A stretch of 64,000 bases of DNA from the NCBI GenBank assembly GCA_963765895.1, contig CAVXZB010000073.1, positions 32,001 through 96,000 on the forward strand, in the 5' to 3' direction. Positions 23,987 to 36,541 of this stretch are shown one piece after another. The first letter of the stretch is position 1. Each line of letters starts with the position of its first letter. Below the pieces are notes generated by a model, which was not told where the DNA came from, did not search any database, and saw nothing but the letters and a program-made list of their open reading frames with translations. Source of the stretch: an uncultured Nitrososphaeraceae archaeon (GTDB lineage: Archaea; Thermoproteota; Nitrososphaeria; Nitrososphaerales; Nitrososphaeraceae). The position numbers and the translations under genes are program-made.

Positions 23987-24235
23987 GTTTGAATATTTAT
24001 CGCCTCTTTTGTTATTACGTAAAGAAAAGGTGCCGTTTAAGATTAATGTTTGCCTTGCCTTGCTTTTTCTTTTATTTTGTTTTGTTTTGCATGGTTCTAC
24101 TATCTATCTTATTTCATCCGATAATTCATCAGGGATTCTTTTGACAGTTGAAAGATACTTGACTTTATCGTAGACCACACTTATGAGCAGGACAGCCTCA
24201 AGCTATATGTCTATCTATTTTTGAGATGAGTTCGT

Positions 24236-24400
24236 AGAGTCTCTTTAATTTGATCCAAGAAACAATGCACTCGAATACGAATCATCATATGAATTCAGAT
24301 ATTTTCATAGGTTATCTGGCATAAGTATATTCTGTTAAACCGTCTTTCATTATGAATCTAGTTCTTGTAACCTAGAGTGTGTAGTTCGCCGGCGAAATGC
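24236..24400. repeat. Dispersed non-coding repeat, copy C
   Basis: Aligns with 7861-8025 and ends in TTCGCCGGCGAA (24385-24396). Confidence 0.85.
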
Positions 24401-24639
24401 GCATCGATTGTCAGTAGGAATTTTAGTATATAAAAAAGAATATTAACTGATTATGATCCCTTAAACATTTGTTGCCGGCGAATATGAATCATCATCTCGT
24501 CAGCTTCGTGTAGGCAGACTGATCACATCGCGGCGTACTCGAGGTACAACAAAGTTGTTCTCCATGTTAGACTTCATTATATAACAATAGGACATGGAGA
24601 CACACAAGGCCGGCGAACAACATATTTCCTTCGTCATGA

Positions 24640-24882
24640 TTATGATGAGCCTAAAGCATTTAGCTTCTCTTCAATGGCTTCAAATCTTTTATTTGAATAT
24701 TCTTGACGTTCGGTCCTAATTCTGATTCCTTTTCCATCTTTCAAATCTTTTGTGTATATGCGCATTAGAGCATTTTCTCCATCTTCCCAAGCAACTTCAA
24801 ATTCCTTGCCGGCATATTCGACAAGAGAATCTTGCCGAAATGCCACATTGTAACAATCCAAGAGTTGTGGTTTGTGATACAA
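24640..24882 (-). pseudogene. C-terminal fragment of a conserved hypothetical protein
   Basis: Protein-like ORF lacking a clear N-terminus. Confidence 0.4.
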
Positions 24883-26227
24883 CTAGGTGATGGTTGGCAT
24901 GTTGTATGTGGGCAGCCTGTTACTAGATCTGATATTTTCCCTGACCTGATGTCAGGATATTTGACAATCCGATAAGACCTCCATGATCAACTACTACTGG
25001 CTTCATAGAACACGATATGATGATGATACTGATGAGAGTGAATGAACTATTATAAGGAATATTTGTGCGCACTCATATCCAATCTACTATGTATAGAGTT
25101 TAGTCTCCAACGTCTATGTTTTTATGAAGTGCATTATATTAAACGCATAAGCGCCGGCGAAATACATCATCTAATATGAATACAACTATAATAATACAAC
25201 GGACAAAGAATCGAATAGAGGCTATATCGGATGTCTTATGTTTTATAATCATAGTATACAAAAAAGAATATTGGAATTACTGTTTTGACAGCGAATCAAT
25301 CTTTTGTCCTAACTGTAGGACCATATTCATTAAATCCTTGATCGTCCTAACAGGCATTATTATACTATCTAATGCTTTGGGTAAGGGAAAATCCAGGGTC
25401 AATGACTTCTCTCCCCTGCAAACAGCCCTATCATGCAACGATTTAATGTACATTCTGAATACCTGACCTGCGTGTTTTAATTGGATATCTGGTAGATGTA
25501 ATTGAGCTTTCTCGTTTATTTCAACATCTCTATTAAGATCACATCCCTTTAGAATCCAGTCTGTAATTACTGGAACTTCTCTTTCTCGAATATCTATTAC
25601 AAGATGTATCAATCTGTCTCTGACTTGTCCAAAGAATGAGAATAATATAGCCTCGTCTTCATCCGTTTCTAGTCTGAAGGGTGTATCGCTACTTCGAACT
25701 GCAATTTCAACTCGTCCATTAGGAGAGAAGGTATAAGTGACGTGCCTTCGTCCTATGTGTTCCTCATGGCGTTTAGCTCGGTTTATTGGTTCGACTTTGT
25801 TTGCCAATCTTTGGTAGCAATCCTTGTCAATGGATAACATCAGTTGTAGCCTGTGAATGTGCAGTTGTGCAAATGGCAGCTGGATTAATACATCAAAGAA
25901 GCTTTGAGCCTTTTGGTATCCAAGAACGCTGGATAGGGCATTACCATAGTTTGAGACGTTCGATAGGTTACTGTTAGATAGGTTAGACACCGTGGGTTCA
26001 ACTAGTACACTTGATCTATTCTTGAGATCTTCAATTATATCAGCCTTGAAACATGAAGGGAAGTATTGTTGCGGATTGGTATTTTCTATAAGGTAGATTC
26101 CTTGAGAATTGAGATCTCCTGCAGTAAATAATATGCAGCCATCACGAAAATGCTTCAGGCTTCTTTGAGCATGACTTTTTCTAAGTGAAAACCTTTGTAG
26201 TAGATCTTCAAATGTTATACCCTTTCC

Positions 26228-27178
26228 GGCTGTGTAGAAACCATCTCATACAGTCAAAGCTTTGTAAGAGTATAATACCAATAGTCTATTGAAAGAATCA
26301 ATGTACGTCAGACTTGCAGGTACTATGTTCCGTGTTTTGAAGCATGCAAGGATTCCTCTATTTTCTAACAGGAAAAGTAATCACATATTTACAATATGGC
26401 AGCACATAGTTCTAGTTGCTATACGACAGTATGAAGGTAAGAGTTATAGAATGTTTGTCGAGTGGTTAATTGAAGCCTATTACCTAAGGTCATTTCTACG
26501 GTTGTCACGTATTCCTCATTTTACAACATTGCAAAAGTTTACAGATAGAATTAATAATTCATTGCTTGAAAAGATAATTTCATCATTCATTGTGATTAGC
26601 GGTACCACGCATATCTTTGCAGGAATAGATTCAACAGGATTTAAGATAACTCATGCATCACAATATTATACTGATCGAACAGAATTGAGAAGAAAATATG
26701 CGAAATTATCTATTGGAGTAGATGTATTACAACAAATCATAATATGTACAATTAAGATAAGACGAGCTCCAACAAGGCATGATAATGTAGATTTCAGGCC
26801 AATTATAACAAGGACATCAAATATTCTTCCATTATCTGTAGTTACAGCTGATAAGGGTTACGATAGTGAAGATAATCACCTTCTCGTAAGAGAGGACTTA
26901 CATGCATTCAGTATTATTCCTGCTCGATATGAACATGTACCGATGTGGAGAACACATGGTAAGTACAGAAAGCAGATGAAGCGTGGTTACTCCAAATTGC
27001 TGTACAATCAACGAAACAAAGATGAAACCATAATATCAGTCATAAAACGACTATTTGGAGAGAATCTTATGTCTAGATTGACTAGAATGCAGAACAGAGA
27101 GTTATCATTTAGATGTATCACCTACAATATGCATAGACTGACTAATCTTGTAATATTGATGGTGTTTTCTACATAGCC
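26228..27178 (+). mobile_element. IS5-family insertion sequence, apparently intact
   Basis: TIRs GGCTGTGTAGAAA / TTTCTACATAGCC; 9-bp TSD ACCCTTTCC at 26219-26227 and 27179-27187. Confidence 0.95.
26289..27176 (+). CDS. IS5-family DDE transposase
   Basis: IPHFTTLQKF, GIDSTGF, ADKGYDSE and YNQRNKDET. Confidence 0.95.
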   Translation: MKESMYVRLAGTMFRVLKHARIPLFSNRKSNHIFTIWQHIVLVAIRQYEGKSYRMFVEWLIEAYYLRSFLRLSRIPHFTTLQKFTDRINNSLLEKIISSFIVISGTTHIFAGIDSTGFKITHASQYYTDRTELRRKYAKLSIGVDVLQQIIICTIKIRRAPTRHDNVDFRPIITRTSNILPLSVVTADKGYDSEDNHLLVREDLHAFSIIPARYEHVPMWRTHGKYRKQMKRGYSKLLYNQRNKDETIISVIKRLFGENLMSRLTRMQNRELSFRCITYNMHRLTNLVILMVFST

Positions 27179-27355
27179 ACCCTTTCCATAAGATCGATAC
27201 TTTTCAGTAGCGAGGTCTTCAATTGTGTCTCTTGTTACCCGTCGGCTAGCTATTGGTACATGTGCTACTTGGTGATTTGGTACATTTAATTTGTAATCAG
27301 GTATTACACTCTTTCCTAGTTGGGGATATGAATAACCGTTACCAGCAGCCATATA

Positions 27356-28075
27356 CTAATTTGTCTTGAAATTGTCCGGTACCACTCTTACCATGGTCCC
27401 ACTCTTATCAAAAATCATGTAGCAGAAGTACTTGCTGTCAACCATGGCCTCTTCGATTTCGTTATACCTCTCCTTAGGAATTTTAAACTCCATTTCGGTA
27501 GAAGCAATCTGATCGCCCATGACCATTGCTGTTTGCCTCTTTAATGCCTCCTTTAATTCTCTATTTTCCTCATATAATTCATGATCGGGATCTATGTTGT
27601 CAATCGATGTTTCATAACCTTGTCTTTCAAACCCTCTTGAATTTGGTACATCTATCGATATATTTTCTCTATTAGTATTAGAAAAAATTATTATTCTCCG
27701 TGTCACGGTTGATTAGTAATACGCTTCCATCTCTATTATCTACTATGTCTATTACCTTGCTCTCTTGAACCTTATTATTCTCTACTTTTTTCAAAAGCTA
27801 ATTGAGTTCGCTTTTGGACCTGTAGCTTCTTTTATATTCTTGTGGAAGGCATTCTTCAATCCACTTTACAGTAATTTTGTGATCTCTTATCTTATCTGCC
27901 AATAATTTTTTGATCTTTGCGGATATTTCATTTTTCTTGCACTTGCCTGCCTCATCTAACCTTCTTGCTAGTTCTTGTATCAAAGTTTTGGCCCGCACAA
28001 AGTTACTATTAATATGATCTATTAGAGATCTTAAGTCTGCAATTATCTCGTCAAGGGCGAACTCTTCATCACTCA
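27356..28075 (-). CDS. Integrative-element hypothetical protein (split into 27798..28075 and 27356..27706)
   Basis: LIQELARRLDE...KWIEECLPQEYKR, then ELYEENRELKEALK; co-oriented with the integrase. Confidence 0.55.
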
Positions 28076-28489
28076 GTTTTAATCCTCACCTAGTTTCTTC
28101 ATAAGCTCTAAAAGCACGATCCACAACAGAATCCAGTGTCATCTTGAGTAGACCCTCAGCCGGTGGTAATGCTATACTTTTTGTTTTATTCTTGGATTTA
28201 TCTCTGGCTGGGACATCTGATCCACGTTCCTATATCGCCTCTGGTCCTTATTTCATTCAGTTTCATATAATATTATCTCGAATAGAGAGTAGTAGTATTC
28301 AGAATTTATAGTTTGCGAATAGTCTCTATTTGTCACATATACATGGTATATGTATGTTTATATATGTTTCTATAAATAGTTCTATTTTACAATAGCCTAC
28401 ATCTTTCCCATAAGGTAGAACATAGAATGGATGACGCCTGCGAAGCCATATCGATGTAATCCAAATAGTGATCATTCTTAGAATTAGAT

Positions 28490-29882
28490 TTAATGTGCTT
28501 TCACGGCTTCTGCGAGTCTGATCGGATCTCTTAGCAGATCTAGAATTTCCTTATATGCTTCTTGCATTGCTGTCATCTGTTCCCTTAGATTTTTTACCCT
28601 TGTTTTCTCTTCTTCGATCTTTCCTTCTAATACCCTTAATCCTTCCTGATACTCATCTTGTAGGACTTTGAACTTTGCGTCTTCGGCCGATTTAATTTCG
28701 TCATAAGATTCAGGAGATAGTGGATAAGAACACTTTGAACATACTTTATTATCAATTGCATTTACATCGTCACAACGTGGACAGACAAGGATTTGGCGTC
28801 TCTTCTTTATTTGATCCTCAATAATGATTCCCGAATGTACAAGTATCTTTTGTTTTAACTCATCACCCATCCTTGTCTTAATGTATCTAGATGGCTCGCT
28901 TTGAATTCATGCTCCATCTTGCCTTTTTCTTTAGAGCATAGTCTGGGAGATAGTCGCTATCAGAAGTAATAGCCGAATGACGAATACAATATGGATTCCA
29001 CTTTTTTGTCATAAGAAGATAATCTAATTTCTGTTGTTCTTTGGCATCTGTAATGCAACCACTATCACGAGGACGGACTATCCTTTCTTTAAGGCATTTC
29101 ATCATTGTCCACAACGCTTCAGGCTTAACTGGCGCTCCAGTCATAAGATTGCAAATTAACCTGGAGTCAGGTTGATTCCTGAATGGATGTTCGTTAAGCC
29201 AATCTCTAACATACGGAAACGAACAAGTTAGTATGACTGGCCCAGATCCAGTCTTGGATTGATGTGGTATTTCACCTTCTCCATATTTTTCTTTTAGTCT
29301 GATATGTCTTAGTCTTAATAGAGTTATCTCATGGTTGCGCCCACTTAGATCCCACATTAAAGCCAGGGCCGCTTTGTTCCGCTTATGAGGCTCGTACTTT
29401 ATGATGGTCTGAAGTTCATCTAGCTCCCAAATCTCGTTCTCCCCATATGGACTTAGTCTCTTAGTTTTCTTTTTTCTAATCTGAGCAAATGATGGGGTCT
29501 CCCATTCTGATGGGCTAGAGTTAGGTTCTAGGGCCTGGTCTAGCCTTAGCTTGTAATTGTGTAACCATCTAAACAGATACTTTAAATCTCCAAGGTAATC
29601 ATTCCAAGTTGTTATCCATCTCTTGTCTGGGTCAGTAACATTATCCTTTATCTTTGTATCCAGAAAGTCAGTAATCTTATCCTTTGTTCTAATATCATAA
29701 AATGATCGGTCAGGACCTAAGTAGCGTGCAAATGCTATCGCTGTCTCCAAGGTATTATTACAGTGGCTTTCAGATGCACCTGTTGACTTCATAAAGGCAT
29801 AAAGCCCATCCAGCAGATCAGCATTAGTGGAATTTGGCATTGAGGATATCTTTGACAATGTTGTACTCAGTCTAACAGGCAC
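28490..29882 (-). CDS. Tyrosine recombinase/integrase with C-terminal zinc ribbon and coiled coil (frameshift near 28885)
   Basis: SGRNHEI (catalytic R), YCIRHSAIT, WSMNS, RYIK (Tyr) across the frameshift, and CPRC...CSKC. Confidence 0.9.
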
Positions 29883-30149
29883 AGCAGTTTATCGCTTCTC
29901 CATTTACCGTTTTTCCTATAAGCGGTTGCAATATATGAATTCCGATATATGATGGACTGGGCAGGGGGAGTTAATAATAAGATTTTTTTATGCTCAAAAG
30001 AATATACAAAATAAGCACGAATCTGAATAAGAGTATGAATAAAATTTATGCGCTAACATACGACCAATATTAGGATATAGAGACAATAGACGGTGGTCGT
30101 GGAGCTAACCATATTACCTTGAAACGCTCTTCATAATTACAGCATAAGT

Positions 30150-30683
30150 TTGAAAGAAGTTATTAATCCTAGAGCAGACATTACAGCAAAAAAGTATAGA
30201 CAACAGATAGAGTGGAGAAGAAATAAAGTAAAGGAAATGCTAATCAGAGGGTATTCACAGTATGAAATCTCTAATACCTTGCGTATCAGTCAACCAACAA
30301 TATCTAGAGACATACACTACCTATATCAAGAGAAGAAAAGACGACAAAAGAAACATGGCGATGAATTATTTTTGGAGCTCCGAAACACAGTAGCTGGCTT
30401 ATCAGAGCTCGTTAAAAAGTCATGGACCATTGTTGATGATGCCAAGACAGACTACAAGGAAAGAATGAAGGCAATGTCATTAATAATGCAATGTTATGAT
30501 AAGAAATTAGAGCTTCTTAATCTAGAACCAGAAATTAACAATTACAAAGAATATGTTGATGGTATAATCAATAAAGAAAATGAACTATTAGTTAAAGAGA
30601 AAATGTTGGATGCACATCGTGAAGGCACAAAATTGTCATGGCATGAACTTAGGTCTGCTGTAGATAGCAATAGAGTATTTTAA
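30150..30683 (+). CDS. HTH DNA-binding protein
   Basis: WRRNKVKEMLIRGYSQYEISNTLRISQPTISRDI helix-turn-helix. Confidence 0.8.
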   Translation: MKEVINPRADITAKKYRQQIEWRRNKVKEMLIRGYSQYEISNTLRISQPTISRDIHYLYQEKKRRQKKHGDELFLELRNTVAGLSELVKKSWTIVDDAKTDYKERMKAMSLIMQCYDKKLELLNLEPEINNYKEYVDGIINKENELLVKEKMLDAHREGTKLSWHELRSAVDSNRVF

Positions 30684-31346
30684 TAGAATTGATTCTTTAT
30701 TTTGCAATTTCAATTTGTAGAAATTATTTTGAATTCAAGTCTTATCCGTATAACTCGATTATATATTTACTGAGATAGCCAGTATCATATTGTGTTTGGA
30801 TGATTAGACCAACTAACAAGAAGTTCAAAAAAAATTAAAATTAAAGGCTACAATATTAAGTATTGTTCCTTTTTAGGGATTGTTGACAATCAACTAATAC
30901 TTAATGGTAGGATACTTTCTTACATTAGTATGCAGGCCCCAAGTAGTCGAATAGGAGAAGTATATTTCCATGATCTTATAGGAATGAAATCTAAGAGTAT
31001 ACAAAAATATACTCTATTCATTTCGGAGACTGATTCATTGCAGACTGAATGAACATCATTATTAATTTCCGATTAATCATTGAAAATCAATATTCAAATT
31101 GAGCCAACATTGGAAACCAACATTGGAATAATCTACGATTTTTATGCTATAGTATGAGATAGACTGATCTGTTTTGCAGGCACGAATCACTTTATTAACT
31201 CCCCATATTTCACTATAGCATAACATCCAAGTTTTGTGATATTTGAACCCATTAAGCTTGTCTTAATATACCTAAGCTAATATCTAGCAAAATATATGAT
31301 ATTAGATCAGTTATGACACGGTATAGTAATAGATAAGATATATCTC

Positions 31347-31822
31347 TTATCTTAGTTCAGAATGCATGGATAGAAGGTTATCTTTTGAAGATGAAATAAT
31401 ATATACCTCCTCTGACCATGCAATCCTTTGGATTCCCTCTATTCCTTTGATCTCAGATATAATGCCCATCAATTGTTTAATATTTTTATAGAGAAAAAAA
31501 CAAAGGATATTGGAATTGCCTGTATGCAGTGAAACTGATTGAACTCCATCCATCTTTGAAAATTTTTCTGCTATTGAATAGATATTATCATTGGCAACGT
31601 ATATATGAATGAAGGCAGTCTTCATGCCTAGCTTTTTGTAATCGGGTTCTTTTCTTATGGCTATCAAACCCTTTCTAATTACCTTTCTTGTTCTTTTTTA
31701 TACTGTACTTAATGGAATTTTTACTTTTCAAAAATTTCCCTATTAGTGTATCATGACACAAGCAAATCGATTATCCTGAGATCTAGTTCATCTATCTCGA
31801 TATATGTTGAGATCTTTCTCAT
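31347..31822 (-). pseudogene. Lrp/AsnC family regulator (stop and frameshift in the HTH part)
   Basis: IDELDLRIIDLL, IPLSTV, PDYKKLG and a C-terminal RAM domain. Confidence 0.8.
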
Positions 31823-32420
31823 AGTATATAGCTTGTGCTCGCTTGTCTACTGGCATTCGTATTGATGAATCTACTCGTAAAGGATCTCTTCTATTATTCA
31901 TAGAATTAGCTCTTTAGGAAATAAAGTAGCCGAGGAATAACTATTAAACTAACAGTCCGGCTTCCGTGAAATATTTTACTCTCTTTCCTTAAGGTCTTAC
32001 TATTACAATTCATATCATTAATAAGAAAAATAGTCAGATCAGTAGTATTTTCCTTATCAGTTTCAGCCGGACACAATTTGTAAGAAGGGAATGAGTATCA
32101 AACCATAACAAATACCCCACGTACGCTTCAGACTAACAAAGCTAATGTATTATTTTCTATTATGCAATGCAGTTAATAGCCTAACTATATCTGTGAACAG
32201 CCTGCTCAATCCAGTTTCCAGTGTCTCTGAAGATGCAAGAAAACATCTTACCTTTTGACCAATAAATGGCTCCAGAGAATTCATTTTCACTACGCACAGT
32301 TCACCCAAAAGGACAACTGGCCAACTTGGCAGATCTTACTCAACCTCCTAATAGGATAGTTGTAAATCTTCGTAGAATAAGATCCGAACTTGAAAAGGAT
32401 TAGAAATCGGTATCAGAAAA

Positions 32421-33418
32421 GTGAAATGGTTTATGGCTTCTATTTGGATAGATCTCCTACATAGACAAGGAGTTATAGGAATGGGCAGAATTTTAAATGA
32501 TTATGACAAACTAGCGCTATCCACACTGAAACTGTGCCTTTCTCCTTTTGGCCATGAGATTGCTAAGGCTATTACCTATTTAGAAAAGATTGGTGACGGT
32601 GCGGCAATAATGAGATCATATATTGCCCGATGGGACAGAATAAGAAATCCTTGTGCAGTGATTAAAATCCTACAAAACAATATCCGCACTTCCAGGTCCT
32701 CAATATTCCATGAAGCAGGACAGCGTAGGTAGGATTATAGGTCTAATCGAGCGGGATCTAATCTATTATATAATACAGTTAGGACCACTGTTGATTCGTT
32801 AAGGTTGGCTGAATATTGGAAGCAATGTGCAACTGAGATAGTTGTCGACCAAGTTGCAACACAGCTTACAAATTTGATCGGCGGACTAATACTCCATAAT
32901 ATTTACTCTGAATCGTCAGGTAGTTCACCGGAAACTGCGAGCTAGAAAGTTTGCTATAATTCCTTTATACACGCATATTATGGATTATTTGAGATTTCAT
33001 TCTAATATCATATCCTGTATATTGGGTCTAGGTCGAGGACCATGGGATGAACTGGAAAAGGTAATTATAATATATCCAATCAGTTTAACTCCTGATGATT
33101 CTAGACAGATCATAATTGAATCGTTACCGGTTCTCCATGCCATCTATAGAGCACTTTCAGCTACAAAACTAGTGTCGCTTACAGGAAAGAGTTTCGAGGA
33201 TCTCTATCTTATATGTTGTGGATTATTGAATGCTTAAACTTTTAAACCTTGATTTCTCTAATTTTTCAGTTGGCGTGACAAAAATGTTGGAAAATTCTAT
33301 CTCAACACTTGTAGCATTTGAAGCACTTATTACTATTAGAGAAAAATCATTGTATTGGATAACAGATGAAATGTGCAAGCGGCTAACAGCATTAGACGAT
33401 AAACAAGAGGTGCTATAG
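32421..33418 (+). pseudogene. Fragmented hypothetical gene(s), possibly nucleotide-cyclase-like
   Basis: Several short co-oriented ORFs; YLEKIGDG resembles the class III cyclase metal-binding motif. Confidence 0.3.
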
Positions 33419-33489
33419 CATTGACAGATTCTACTCGAGTAACAGATCCTGTAGAATCCAAGTCGGAAGTATTAGACCATTGACAAAAT

Positions 33490-34027
33490 ATGTTCGATGG
33501 TTTAATAGAATGGTATAAAATGGCAGACCATAGGGCTAGTGGGCTGATCTCAATAAATCCAATGCTGTTAGGATTTGTGACGATAAGCGCCTTTGTGATT
33601 CTGGGTAGTTCAGAAAGGGATATATCAACGGTAAAGAGTCTCGCTGAGACATTTCTGATTCTTTTCTTTATATCTATTATTATTTCTGTTATATTGGCAG
33701 TTTGGAGCTTATGGGGAAGAGCAATAGATTTCTCTTTAAGAGAAACGATGCACTTAAGTAAATCGAATAGATGAAGTCTTTCTCTGGTTTGGAGATATTA
33801 AACCCCACTACGAAGCAAACGAAGAAACCAAAATCTCAAAAGGAAAAGAGTTCTTTGAGAATGAATTTAATAAATACACAAATAGGGATTAAGTATTAAA
33901 GGCTATAGCCGCGCAGATAGTAATTTTATCATCCCATATACATATGAGGTTTTGGATTTTAAATGTGTCATACATGCTTGTAGTGATCGCCATTTTTCTG
34001 ATGTCAGCATTTGCATTCATATTGTAA
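33490..34027 (+). pseudogene. Pycsar effector-like (PycTM/DUF5706) membrane protein, frameshift plus internal TAA
   Basis: WYKMADHRASGLI, two TM segments, FLWFGDI, LKAIAAQIVILS, and a terminal TM segment. Confidence 0.7.
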
Positions 34028-34441
34028 ATAGCGAATTGCTATGGCCAACAGAAAAATTAATTTTGTGAGAGTTATGGCAAATTAAATAACTAATAATTGC
34101 GATACCATTTAAGTATACGAGAAAAACTATAGCTAGGCGAGGCGGCTATATACAAGTAACTTTTTTTAATAAAGTATTGCACAAGCTAGTCTGAATATTG
34201 GCTATGGAATGACGTGATTAAGTATCTGTAGACCAACTAATAGAAATTACTACAATTGCGTCATTGGGATTACTCGAAAAGAAGAGACCACCCCGATTAA
34301 GTTTCCGTCCTATATAAATAGAACATAGAAGATGTGCGTTGTAGAATCTATTTATTATGCTCTGGTCTTATATTTTATGTCAAAAGTAGATTACAAACAG
34401 TTTTCTAACATCTTATTACTCTACATAAGATATAATCAATT

Positions 34442-34900
34442 GTGAACAGAGACACTGAATACTGGATCGAAATACTTCACCTTCAGAAACATCCTGAAGG
34501 TGGATATTTTGTCCAAACTTACAAATCAGAAAAATTTGTAAGGTTGCCAGAATATAGTGGTTCTATGCATGCTTGTACTGCTATCTATTATTTATTAGCA
34601 GATGGCCATTTTTCATCATTTCATATGCTGAAATCAGATGTGTTGTGGCATTTCTACGATGGTAGTAGTTTAACTCTGCATATAATAAAACACAAGGAAG
34701 ATTGAATGATGTCAAATTAGGAGCAAATTTAGATAGTAAGGAGACATTTCAAGCTGTAGTAAAATCGGGTTCTTGGTTTGCAGCCTCTGTTAATGATTGT
34801 AATTCTTATTCATTGATCAGCTGCACTGTTTCGCCAGGATTTGATTATGACGACTGGGTATTGGCAGATATTAGTACACTTATGAAAATGTATCCGCAAC
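34442..34900 (+). pseudogene. Cupin_5 (DUF985) protein, frameshifted, 3' end interrupted by an IS
   Basis: HPEGGYF, TAIYYLL, WHFYDG and SCTVSPGFDY. The native YPQHKSIIERY resumes at 35918. Confidence 0.9.
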
Positions 34901-35917
34901 TGCTTTGTTGCATAAATCATTATCATATTAGTATGGGTTTGTTGACCAACTGAGATTTAGCTATCATGTAATAAGATTATTGTTGGACATGGTTGACTGG
35001 CCTTCATATAACAAATCACTTGTTAGGCAAGGTGAGGTTATTCTAGATTTTGATGTCATAGATAGTTGGTATAGTGAGTTGAACATAATGAATAATGGAA
35101 AGAGGGGTGCACAGTACCACTATCCAGATTAGTTTATCCAACTATTAGGGTATATGAGGATATATTTTCATCTGCCATACCGGCAAGCAGAAGGTGTAGT
35201 CATGGCACATGCTGGTAACAAGATACCCTCTATTCCAAACTACAGTACAATTAACAGACGCGTTAATATCCAGGATATCCGAATCAACGAATAAAATGAG
35301 GTATGTAATGATGACGACATCATTATAGCATTGGACAGTACAGGAGTCAAAGTTGCTAATAGGGGAGAGTGGATGCGACATAAATGGCATGTTAGAAGAG
35401 GTTATCTGAAAATATATGTAGCAGTAAACATCAAGAATAAGAAGATTATTTCTTTGGAGGTTACAAGTGAAGAAGTACATGATGGCAAGATGCTAAAGAA
35501 GTTAATAGATAATGCCTCTGAAAATAACAATGTAAAGGGGGCGTTAGCAGATGGTATGTATGACAGTAATAAGAATTTTAGATACCTATCAAAAACTATA
35601 TTAAACCAGGTATAAAGACAAGAAGCAATTCCAAAGTTAGACCGACTAACTGTCATGCTAGGAATATGTCTGTAACAAGACAACAGACAAATCTCAAAAG
35701 ATGGAAGCGTAGCGTAAGCTATGGATACAGATGGATGGCAGAGACTGTCTTTTCATCAATTAAAAGAACGTTTGGTGAACATGTAGCTGCCAGAAAATTT
35801 CCGAACATGGCCAAGGAATTGATTCTAAAAGTGTCACTGTATAACATGTTTGCTACCATGATGTAGAGAGATACAGATAATGTACTAAGGAGATAAAATG
35901 ATTTATGCAACAGAGCT
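34901..35917 (+). mobile_element. IS5-family insertion sequence
   Basis: TIRs GCTTTGTTGCATAAATCAT / ATGATTTATGCAACAGAGC; 8-bp TSD TCCGCAAC at 34893-34900 and 35918-35925. Confidence 0.93.
34989..35866 (+). pseudogene. IS5-family transposase, disrupted
   Basis: WPSYNKSLVRQGE, DSTGVKVANRGEW, ADGMYDS and YGYRWMAETVFSSIKRTFGE, with a premature TAG and a frameshift. Confidence 0.9.
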
Positions 35918-36138
35918 TCCGCAACATAAATCAATCATAGAAAGATACACCAAGTCTATGTCTATGTCTATGTCTACTACCTATCTTTCGAAAGAATGTA
36001 ACTCTAGTAATAGTTTAGTTTGCTGTTATTGTAGATCATTTTAAGTAATTGGATTTACGGTGGATCTGTTACAAACTATAATATCTCTCCTATCTACGGA
36101 AAATTGCGAATAAGTGTATATGATCTGCCTTACTTGTT

Positions 36139-36541
36139 TCACCCAGTTGATTTGATCTCCATTCTTACTACTGATAATAATTGCTCAGTGTTAATTGGTT
36201 TTCTTATAAAGCATTTAACATTAAGCCCTGGGTGTTCTTCTTTGAGGGAATTGTAGTACCGATTGAAAGGCTGTTATAAAGCACACCTTCACATGACGAT
36301 CTTTCTTTCTTAGCCGTCTGAAAAATTGAAAACCATTTAGATGAGGCATTCTCATATCAACAAATACAAGATCATAAAATTGTGGTTTAAACCTCACCAA
36401 CGCCTTTGCAGGATCGTTATAAGTATCTACATAAAAGCCATTGTCATTCAATACCGTTTTAAAGAAAAGAGTAATATCGCTTTCGTCATCAACTACCAGT
36501 ATTCTCTTTAATGATTCGCTGGGAAAATTATTGGATGACAG
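36139..36541 (-). CDS. Stand-alone response regulator receiver (CheY-like), frameshifted
   Basis: ILVVDDE, DLVFVDMRMP, FITA and FIRKP. Confidence 0.9.

Larger units (their letters stand above)
25277..27352 (-). pseudogene. Hypothetical 371-aa (HTH-like) protein split by an IS5 insertion
   Basis: Removing 26228-27178 plus one TSD joins ...KYRSYGKG to ITFEDLLQRF..., in frame with ORF 25277..25990. Confidence 0.88.

Noticed and set aside
29940-29975. Intact tRNA gene beside the integrase
   Set aside because: Only about 15 nt resemble a tRNA 3' end; there is no T-loop or cloverleaf.
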